NCBI GenBank assembly: GCA_002104945.1
Contig: MCFH01000006.1
Span: forward strand, 1,116,001-1,180,000
DNA: 64,000 bases
Reading direction: 5' to 3'
From: Piromyces finnis finn
Taxonomy: Eukaryota > Fungi > Neocallimastigomycota
Shown here: piece by piece, positions 1 through 10,740 of the stretch
Layout: every line of letters starts with the position of its first letter
Numbering within the stretch: position 1 is the stretch's first letter
Notes under the pieces: generated by a model
What the model was told of the DNA's origin: nothing
Databases searched by the model: none
Seen by the model: only the letters and a program-made list of their open reading frames with translations
Program-made: the position numbers and the translations under genes

Positions 1-194
1 ATACAATTATTATACTTTAGTATGATAGTGGCTTTCTTACTTTAATTAAAATTACTAGAATACATTATACCCAATTTTTATTCATTTGTGTTTATTTAAA
101 CATATTTTTTTTTATTTTTATTTTATTTTAATTTTTTATTACATGTATTATAATTTTAATTAAATTAATAATAAAGTTTAAAATATTTGATGCC

Positions 195-254
<60 letters not shown>
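1..254 (+). mobile_element. 3' UTR and poly(A) tail of a LINE copy that begins before the window
   Basis: 1-197 is near-identical to the 3' UTRs at ~5621-5819 and ~48452-48648 (ATACAATTATTATACTTTAGTATGATAGTGGC...AATAAAG...GATGCCGTT), followed by an A-run at 198-254. Confidence 0.92.
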
Positions 255-256
<2 letters not shown>

Positions 257-1056
257 AGAAAGAAAAAAAAATAAATCCAATATGCTTGGTGCCCTCTTAG
301 GAACGTGCCTTCATTTATTTAATAATGGAGTTTATCAAGGGGGTCTACTCATGCTCATGGTACTGAGAGAGTAGAAAGAATTAAATCCAAGCATTGCGCA
401 ATGGATGCTTGGTTAGTCTTTAAGGGAAAATTATTAGGACTAAGCTCATGGTACTGAGCGATTAAAAAACATTTTATTCATCGAATTTAAGTATTTGATG
501 AATAAGTTGAATGTTTGATATTCAGGTAAGTTTGTATAGTATTTAATTAGAAGAGTAATACATTTTGTTGCTGTATTTTTTCTTTTATTCATGTATTCAT
601 GTAGTACTACTCTTCTCTTGTAAGAATCCAATGTAGTCAACTTTAGCATTTGCATTGTATTTTTATATTCATGTAGCTATTGTTGTATTGTTTCTTGTAA
701 GAGACTGATTCACTCTACATCATGTAAAAATACTATTCACAAGCTTTCTGGTGTCGACATTCTTGATTCAAATTTTTTACCAATTTAAATATTTAATGAA
801 AAGTAAAGTCAAACAAGTTTAGTGTCAAAAAGCGATTCGAATTTACTAACAACAAACCAAAACTAGAATTTTTAAAGAAAATTTACAACTAGAATTCAAA
901 AAAAGAAACTTTAAACAAAGCATCGTAACAATTTTTGTACTATCCAGTACTTTTAAGAAGAGAGAGAGAGACAGATTTTTTTTCCATATACGTTATATTT
1001 ATAATTTTTATTAGTATTTATTTTATATTCAATATTTTTTAATTAGAATTATTATC

Positions 1057-2834
1057 ATGTCAGTCCTTTATATTAAAGATAAGAATTATATCAGACGTGG
1101 TACCCGGTCTTATGGTATCCCCTTAGATGATATTCGCTCCTTCTTTATCCGTGGTATTCGATCATGGTCAGTAAATATGCTATGGGAAAAACTCGAGGTT
1201 ATTCTAGAAGATAAATTTAATTCAGTTATTAGTGTTAAATATTTTCAGACTTTCAATGATCACTTTTTCTTAGTCAAGGTTCATGGTTCATCGAAAGATT
1301 GTATTAAAATCTTACACATGTTAAAGAAGAAACTTTCAGTTACCTCAATTTCCTTTTCAGCTCGTAGTAGAAGGAATCACAAATACACTTTTTCCACTCT
1401 CAAACGTAAAATTTTAGTTTCTAATAAACATCAACATTCTATTCAACAATCATTTCAACAATCAGTTCAACAATCTCATCAACAATCCGATCTTCAACTA
1501 GATCTTCAACAAGATCTTCAACAAGTTTCCAATCATGAAAATATTCCAGATCTACAGCAAACACAATTTCAATCTCAACATTCAACAATTAATTCTAATA
1601 GCTCTATCAACTCTGATAACAGTTCAATAGTTGATAGTTCTTCAGTTTCACAGCCATCTAGTAATAGTTCTACTTATTCCTCTGATGCATCATCCATTAA
1701 TAACGATGACTTTAATAATAATAATAATAGCAACGATTCTTCCTCATCCAACAAGCCTGATAACTTTTCTTTTTGTCTTAGTTGGAACACCAATGGGTGG
1801 AATCACGAAAAGAGAGATAGTATTAGCTATTTCACAGCTATTTTCAAACCATTATTTTTATGTTTCCAAGAAACTGGTAATGGTTCTGGATCGAATACAG
1901 ATTATCCTTGTCGTGTTACTTTGCGAAACTATAGACACTTTTTCAAGAAAGCTGACGAATCAGTTCCGGGAATGAGAGGTTTATATTTAGGTTTTCACAA
2001 TTCATGTCAAGCCTCACTTGAAAACTTCTCTGGAAAGTATATTATTTCTATTTATACTTTTAGTCTCTGGAATAGATTCAAATGCTCGATTGGAAATGTT
2101 TATATGCCTCATAGTCATCACAACATCTATGTTGATCATGCAAAGTTAGAAGTTCGCTTGTGGTTACAAACTCATTCATCCCATCCATCGATTCTTGTTG
2201 GTGATTTTAATATGTCTAAAGTAAAATTATCCAACTGGTTATCAACTAATGGATTAGGAGATTGGGAAATTCTTCCGCTTAGAGGGTCTACTATCTCTTG
2301 GACTCGAGGTGATCAATCTTCCGACATTGACCATGCTCTTATCAATTCGAAGATGAAAGATCTTATTCACTCAGGATCATTTATAAATAATTTTTATCCT
2401 GTATCAGACCATAAGCCACTTCTTATTAATGGTAAAATTATTCCTATGGAAGATTTTTCTAATGACTTTAATGTTCCTAAGAAAATTCTGAAATGGAATA
2501 GATTAAAATGTATTGAGGAAAAGGAATCTATTTCAGTCATAATAAATTCCAAATACTTTCAGCAAAATTCAACGATCCTAATGTTTCTACAGATGAACTT
2601 TCCAAAGAGTTTACTTCAACTGCTTTTTCAATTGCAGACGAGCTCAGTATTACTTCAGCAAATAATGTTATAAAGTCTTCATTTCATATTTCACAACAAA
2701 TTTTTAATCTTCAAAAAATCAAAATGAAGTTGTATAAGAGATTTAAAAAAGAAAGAATTTATGATATAGATGAATTTATTAAAAGAATTAAAATCTACCG
2801 TAAGCTCATTGATTACATCCACAAAAAGATGTAA
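1057..2834 (+). pseudogene. LINE copy 1 ORF-A: putative RRM-like N-terminus, Q/S/N linker and apurinic-type endonuclease; 1-bp deletion near 2533 relative to copy 2
   Basis: APE motifs SWNTNGW, LCFQET, VGDFN, IDHAL, SDHKP. Copy 1 reads TCTATTTCAG where copy 2 reads TCTATTCTCAG. The stop equivalent to copy 2 lies at 2832-2834. Confidence 0.88.
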
Positions 2835-5579
2835 TGAATTTAGGAAACAAGAATATCTTCATTGGATTAAAACAGGATGTGAGTATATGAAGAGTCATAA
2901 TCCTAAGAAGGCCTGGAAATGGATCAAGAAAACTGCAAAAATTGGAAAAGATTCTTTCTTTATTGCTCAACCAATTAAAAATAAAAATGGAGAATTAGTT
3001 GTTGCTACGGAAGAACAACTAGATGTGTGGCATGATCATTTCGAAAATCTTGCATCAGACCCAAGTGGTGTAAGTCTTGATTTGGAGCATTGGTATGAGA
3101 ACCAACGAATAAACGTTTTTCACTTCCTATGCTTGATGAGTGGGATATCAACCAAGATATTAGTATTGATGAAGTCAAGTCAGCTATCCTCACTACTCCA
3201 AATTATAAAGCATCAGGTCCGGATGGTATTCCAATTGAATTTTACAAAGCATTAGTTCCATCAAGTAATGATTCTAATAATGCTACAGATAATAATTCTT
3301 CTGGTAATACTACTTCAGATAATGATGCTCATGGTTTAAATTTTATTCTTAAATTATTCAACCGTATTTGGGATGGAGATTTCCCCAACTCATGGAATGA
3401 ATCCAGTATTGTTTCTATTCCTAAGAAGGGTGATTTGACAGATTGTGATAACTATCGAGGTATATCACTTATCAATAATGGTATTAAGTTGATTTCCAAA
3501 ATTGTCACCACTAGAATCTCAGAATATGGTTTAAAGAATAATTTCATTAGACCTGAACAATTTGGTTTTCGAAAAAAGGAAGAAAGTATTAGTCTTTTCA
3601 TTTCAATCCAAGAAATATGCCGTAGACGTCAATTAGATAATAAAGAGACATATTTGGCCTTTTTAGATCTCAGGAAAGCATACGATTCAGTCCCAATCGG
3701 TAATATTCTCCATAAATTAGATTGTTTAGGAATCCGAGGTAAGAGTCTACAATTTATCAAAAATTTATATTTAACATCTAAGGCTAATGTCAAATTAGAT
3801 GGACAATTCTCGAAATCTTTTGATGTGAAGAAAGGAGTCCGTCAAGGTTGCCCTCTTTCTCCTATTCTCTTTAATCTCTTTATTAATGATATATTTAGAG
3901 AGTGCGAAGATCTAGGAGTCAGTTTAGGTGACACTCGATGCTGTGGTGGACTTTTTGCAGATGATATAGTTATTTGTGCTCCAACAAGAGGATGCTTAAA
4001 AAAGATGCTTAGAAGAGTTAATGAATGGGCATTGTATAATGAAATGGAATTTGGTATCCAGAAATGTTCAACGATGGTGATTCGTCCTGAATCAATAGAA
4101 AATCAGAACAAGAGAGATCCAACATTTTACTTAGCAGGACAACCCATTCCAACTACTGATTGTTATACTTATCTTGGTGTTCCATTTGATAAGAATCTGT
4201 CCCTTAAACCAGTAATTAAAGCTCTTAATAACAAGGTTTTGAAAGGGCTTTTCTCAGTCAGTAAATTCTTAAGAAATCCTAATATTCCTATTCCCTTCAA
4301 AAAACTAGTACTTAACTCACAAGTGATTAGCAGAGTTTCATACTTTGCACCATTACTTGGATCCAACAAAGCTAGGTCTAGGATTGCTCAGAAGCATGTT
4401 AACAAAGGAATACGATGGGTTGCCGGAGTTCATAAAGCTGTATCGTTTATATCTTTATACTCTATTTCAAAAGATTTGAATATTCCTCCATTGTCAGCCA
4501 AATGTGCTTTAACTCAGGTTAGATGTTTTAACAAATGGAAAAACTCAAATTGTATTATCTCACACCTTGTCAATTACATTCCTAAATTTAGAAAATACAC
4601 GTGGTGCAAATCAAGTAGGACACTTGATAAAAAATTAAAGAAACATGGAGATGTTAAAGCAGTTAAAAACTTTTATTGGAAAGATCTCAAAGGGAATTCA
4701 ATCAAAGCGCAATATTATGATGATAATAAATTTATTGAAACTAAAGATTTTATTAAATTATGTTATGAGTACCCAGAGTTTGCCTATGGCTTCTACTGGC
4801 TATTGAAAGCAAGAAGCGGATATAAGTTGGATGCTAGAGTTGCCAAAGCTGCCAAATTTGTTGATCCAGTTTGTCCTAACTACTGTCCATGTTGCAAGTG
4901 TGGAGATCAAAGTATTAAACATTGGTTATTAGATTGTCCAACATTTAGAGATATCCGTATTAAACATTATGATTCTATAGTCCAGCTATTAAATTTTTTC
5001 AGTCAACGTAATTCCAATAGTCCTATCAATAATAATGAAATTGATAATATCAGTAGAGATAGTAATAACATTAATAGTAATAGTAACAATAGTAGTAATA
5101 ACAATAGTAATAGTAACAATAGTAATAGTAACAATAGTAATAATAACAATAATAGAAATAATAATATTAGTAATGATAGCAATAGTGAAGATAATAATTC
5201 TAATTTAGATAGTAATTTAGTTAATGATAGTAATAGTTCTAATAATCCGGTGAATATTAATGTGTATGATTATTCTAGTGTGTGCAGTAAAATATTTAAA
5301 TTCCTTCTTGGGGGAAGAAGTTTTAACAATATTAATTACAATTCAAGGGAATGGAAAGAACTTTGTAAGCGTCAGATTCAATCTGGTACTAACGAAGGAA
5401 CACCATTCTTGACGGTAACCGCGGAACTTCTAACCAAAATCATGCCTTTTGCTATTGGCCAGCAATGGTCAATGTTCAAAAGGTTTGAAGCAACACCCAA
5501 GAGCGTCAATGCTGAAGAAACAGTAAGACAAGCCAGGAGAACCAGCACAACCAATGGAGATCATAATTTTGACCCATGA
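2770..5579 (+). pseudogene. LINE copy 1 ORF-B: reverse transcriptase plus C-terminal CCHC zinc knuckle; 1-bp deletion near 3108
   Basis: KASGPDG, YRGISL, QFGFR, FLDLRKAYDSV, GVRQGCPLSPILFN, FADD, YLG, and CKCGDQSIKHWLLDC. ORFs 2770-3255 and 3129-5579 join when corrected against copy 2. Confidence 0.93.
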
Positions 5580-5837
5580 CAAAATTTTAATCTTTGACTT
5601 GGAGTCCCATTGGAAGTCAAATACAATTATTATACTTTAGTATGATAGTGACTTTCTTACTTTAATTAAAATTACTAGAATACATTATACCCAATTTTTA
5701 TTCATTTGTGTTTATTTAAACATATTTTTTTTATTTTTATTTTTATTTTTTAATTTTTTATTACATGTATTATAATTTTAATTAAATTAATAATAAAGTT
5801 TATAATATTTGATGTCGTTAAAAAAAAAAAAAAAAAA

Positions 5838-6372
5838 CTCAGGTTAGATGTTTTAACAAATGGAAAAACTCAAATTATATCATTTCACATCTTGTCAATT
5901 ACATTCCTAAATCTAAACTTTGCAAGTGTCAGATTCATTCTGGCACTAACAAAGGAACACCATTCTTGACGGTAACCGCGGAACTTCTAACCAAAATCAT
6001 GCCTTTTGCTATTGGCCAGCAATGGTCAATGTTCAAAAGGTTTGAAGCAACACCCAAGAGCGTCAATGCTGAAGAAACAGTAAGACAAGCTAGGAGAACC
6101 AGCACAACCAATGGAGATCATAATTTTGACCCATGACAAAATTTTAATCTTTGACTTGGAGTCCCATTGGAAGTCAAATACAATTATTATACTTTAGTAT
6201 AATAGTGGCTTTCTTACTTTAATTAAAATTACTAGAATACATTATACCCAATTTTTATTCATTTTTGTTTATTTAAACATATTTTTTTAATTTTTATTAT
6301 TTATAACATGTATTATAATTTTAATTAAATTAATAATAAAGTTTAAAAATATTTGATGCCGTTAAAAAAAAA
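5838..6372 (+). mobile_element. 5'-truncated, internally deleted LINE fragment with 3' UTR and poly(A)
   Basis: 5838-5912 matches copy 1 ~4513-4587, jumps to ~5359, then follows copy 1 to GATGCCGTT(A)n. Confidence 0.9.
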
Positions 6373-6732
6373 TAAAGAACTTGGTGTTATTGTATAAATA
6401 TGAGTTTCTTTAATTAATAGAAACGACATTCTTCCATCAAAATACAAAAACAAACCAGTAATGCTAACATAACCTACGGAAATTACGACTTCATCTCTAA
6501 TAAAGTCTGGCCTTTGACACTGAGTTTTATTGAAAATTAAATACAATTATTATATTATAGTACAAATAGTAGCCTTCTTACTTTAATTAAAATTATATTT
6601 TATATTCGTATTTTAATTAAATTTATTTTTTTTTTAAAAAAAAATTTCTTTTTATATAATAAAATTTTATCAAATTTTATTTATTATAATAAAAGTTTAA
6701 TAAAAATACTTGTTGCCGCAAAAAAAAAAAAA
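6373..6732 (+). mobile_element. Diverged LINE-related 3' end with poly(A)
   Basis: AAATACAATTATTATATTATAGTACAAATAGTAGCCTTCTTACTTTAATTAAAATTA aligns to the family 3' UTR; ends AATAAAAG...TTGTTGCCGC(A)13. Confidence 0.75.
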
Positions 6733-9103
6733 GAAAAGAAACTTTTTCCGCTTTATATATCAACAAAAAAGTATATATATAATTATTATATAATATTAAA
6801 AGTATAAAGAAAGTAAAAAAGAGAAAAAAGAAAAAAAAACTAAATAATTATTTTTATTTTTATTCTTTATATTTCTCCATGATATAGTTGTTGTCGGTAT
6901 AATTGAGTTGATAATGTAAATGATGTTGATATATTATATAAATTTTTTACTTTTCATTTTCTATATTTTAAAATATGATATTGTAATGATATAAAATAAA
7001 ATATATTAATTAATTTTCTATTAATATTCACTTCAACTTTATAAATATTCATTTTAGTTTTATATAATATAAAAAATAAAACTAAACAGTATATAAAAAA
7101 CAAATTTAAATTAAGGTTTAAAAAAAAAAAAAACATTTTTCTTTTGAAATTTTTTTACTATATATTTGTTTTACTATTTATAAAAACATAAAAACAAATA
7201 ATATAAAAATATAAATAATTAATAATTCATATATTTGATATATTTATATATAAATATTATTTTAATTGTTTGTTAACTCATTTTAACTACTTAAATATTA
7301 TATTCATGAAGTTTTACTGGCATGAAACTTTAATTTTAAATTAATAATCAAATAAATAATACATTTAAAAAAAAAATAAACAATTTATAATTAAAAGCTT
7401 TAACCAAAATAGTATAATAAAATAAATAATAAATATAATTTGAATAAATTAAAATTAAAATTTAATAAAAAAAAAAAAAAAAAAAAAGACTTCCATATTT
7501 TTTAAAATAAAATATTTTTTAGCTCTTTAATTATTAAAGAAAAAAAATGAAAAAGCAAAAAAAATAAAAGCATTGAACGTTTAATAAATCAACTTAATGA
7601 TAATAACTTCATTAATTATACAATTATATTGCTATAATTAATTAGCAAAACAAAATTAAGGACTCCAAAAACATTTCATTTTTTTATATTGATAATTAAT
7701 ATATTCCAGAAATCACATTCAATTTAAAATATATTTTTATTATATATTTTATCTTATTTACTCATAGTATAATTATATTTTTATACGAAATAAAAAACAT
7801 TATTATTAATTTATTATTTTAATTCAAGTAATATTTTCTAAGCAGAATATATTAATTCTAAGAATAAAATAAAAAAAAAAAAAAAAAAAAGCCTTATTTT
7901 GGTTCATTAATCTGTTAAAGGAGAAAAAAAAAAAAAAAGGTATTTCGTTAAAAAAGTATAATTCAGAAATTAATTTTGTGATTTATTTCATTTCTTTCGT
8001 TTCATTTTAACATTTGCAAATTAAAATTAAAGATAAATAATAATAATTTCTAATTTAATGTAATCACTTTTATTAGAATAATATTTTAAACTATATATTC
8101 ATATTTATATGTTAATAAAGATAATATATGAAATATGCATTAATTAAAATAATATATTAAGATGATATCCTTTAAAAATTATAAAATTTAAATAATTTCA
8201 AAATATTAATATTTTCATAATAAAACAATAAAATATATTCTACATTTTAATTGAAATTGAACTTTTTTTTTTTAATTACAAAACTAAACAAAATAAAAAT
8301 GTTTATGGATAAATTATTAATAAAAAAATTAAAATTTTTTATTAATAAAAATGAATAATAATGGTGTAAATATTCAAATTTTATTATATAATATATAATA
8401 ATTAAAATTTTGATTTAATTAAATTATTTATATTCAATCATATATTAAAATAATAAAATAAAAAAAAATAATTTTCATTTTTATGCTTAAGTAAAATCTA
8501 TTCTATTTTTCAAAAAAAAATAAAAATAGACATTTATTTTCGAATACTATCTTTTTAAATATACAATCTCATCATTTAATTATTCAATCAATCAATTATA
8601 CTCATTCTCTAAGCTTAAAAAATTAAAATTTTTTTTAATTATTTATTATAAAGTAAAAAAATAAATTACTATTGATAACAGTAATCACTATCTAGCAATA
8701 TTAGCAAAATTAGTAATTATCAAAATATTCAATTACAAAATAATTTATATTTTATTTTTTATTTTCATTTTATCTTTAATTCTCATTTCAAAAAAAAAAT
8801 AATAATAAATAAATAAATAAAAATAAAAATAAAAAATATTAAAAACTACTATTTTTAGATATATATTGTATATATTTCATATCCAATATCATAATTTTAC
8901 ATCATTCACCACAATTATTAAAATTAAATGTGTGTTATATTTTCAGATAGTATGTAAATACTAATGGTTTATTTTTTTCGTTTTTTATTATTTTTTGTAT
9001 CAAATTATTATCATTATATAAATATTTATATAGGTATTTTATCCAGTTACTTTTTTATATAAATAACTCTGAAACTTTTATTTTAGCAAAAAAAAAAAAA
9101 AAA

Positions 9104-10740
9104 ATGTTTTCATTTCTCCAGCACGTTGCGAGGTAAAAAGTTATCTATAATTTAACATAAATAATTGTATAGTATTATTATAAAACAAAAATTAATAGTT
9201 CATTACTATATTTATTGTTATAGTTTGGCCATTCTCTATTTATATCCATCATATCGCTCCTACAAAGCATTAGAAAATAAAAATGTTTCTGATGCCCAAG
9301 AGTGGCTATGCTACTGGTAAGTAATATATAATAAAATAATAAAAAATGAAAATTTTATGAAAAAATTATTAAATAATATTATTATATAACTACTAAATAG
9401 GATTGTAACTGGTATTTTAACAATCCCAATACTTGTATCAAAATCAATCTTAAGTTGGTAAATATTACTTTAAAATTTATGACTTCTTTAATATATTTGT
9501 AAAAATTATTATTAAGACTCTTTAATTTCTATTAAAATATTATATTTAAAAATATTATAGGTTTCCATTTTACTATGAAATTAAATTAATATTTTGTATA
9601 TGGTTAATATTACCACAAACAAAAGGTCATCTTGATATATTCAATAAATATGTTATTCCATATATGGACAAATTTAGTGGAAAAATCGATTCTTACGCGA
9701 ACGATATTTCTGATATGAGTAAAAAATATGCAGGTATTGCATGGCAAAGAGGCTTAGAAATCGCACAAATTAAGTTTTTCGAAGTTCTTGCAAAGGTAAA
9801 TAATGTAAATTACAAATAAATTATAACAAAATTATTCATAGCATAAATTATTATATAACTATCAAAATAATAGGGACCATCTGCTCTTTTGGATTTCAGT
9901 AATGTACATTTAAATATTAATAACAATCAAAATAATGATAGTGGAAGTATCAGAGAAATCAATGATGATGAAGAATTAAATGACAACAATTCTGAAACAT
10001 CTTACAAAACCAACAGAAAAGAAAAATCAAATCAAGATCAAATGATACTTCAAAAAAAAAATGTATCTAAAAATGCGAACATTAAAAAATTTAGTATTGG
10101 ATTCACTCATTCAAATGCTGTCAATAATACCAAAAATATTAAAAATGAAAAAAATAAAAATAGTTCAGATGATGAATTTGATAAAATAAACAATAAAAAA
10201 AGCCTTCGTCACACATCATCTTTCAGAAAAAATGAAATCGGTAAAAAAAAGGCAGTAAATTCACCATACTCAAAATTTAATAATGATAATTTTGAAAAAG
10301 TCGATTCTGACATGAGCGAAAAATCAACCAAACATAATAATAATTTATATATGAATATAATGTCTAATCATAGACCAGGACCAGGTGGAATGATGGGTAT
10401 CAATGATGTTTATTCTAGTGATAGTGATCACTCTAATTCAAATGATAGTAACTACTTTATAGATGAAGAAATTGAAGAACCATACAATTATAACAAAAAT
10501 AATGTTTTCTATGGTACAAATCAAAGAAATAAATTATCAAAAGTTAACCAACGTTCTAATAGAGATAATTATTATGATTATGATTATGATTTAACTCGTG
10601 AAGATGACGATATCGTTGACGTTAATGATATTTATAATGAAAAAAGAGTTATTCTTCCAAAAGTTATTAATAATTACAATAGGCCAGATACAAATCATCA
10701 ACAAAACTTCCTTTCAACCTTTAATTCTTTCTTTCATTAA
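9104..10740 (+). CDS. TB2/DP1/HVA22 (REEP/YOP1-like) ER-shaping protein with long low-complexity C-terminal tail, about 5 exons
   Basis: Spliced exons read LYLYPSYRSYKALE...QEWLCYW / FPFYYEIKLIFCIWLILPQTKG, typical of the family; GT-AG introns; last exon is ORF 9889-10740. Confidence 0.85.

Larger units (their letters stand above)
256..5837 (+). mobile_element. Near-full-length APE-type non-LTR retrotransposon (LINE copy 1), frameshifted
   Basis: 5' hairpin monomer(s), APE motifs, RT motifs, CCHC knuckle, AATAAA and poly(A) at 5820-5837; colinear with copy 2 at 43004-48677. 5' boundary approximate. Confidence 0.95.

Noticed and set aside
360-380. CTGAGAGAGTAGAAA as a hammerhead core in the LINE monomer
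   Set aside because: It does not match CUGANGA, has no stem II, and the bases are tied up in a strong alternative hairpin.
446-655. Minus-strand 69-aa ORF, and alternative-frame ORFs in the LINEs (1631-1975, 3005-3193, 4169-4369, 44473-44817, 47013-47213, 47879-48073)
   Set aside because: Shadows of the LINE UTR or coding frames with no recognisable motifs.
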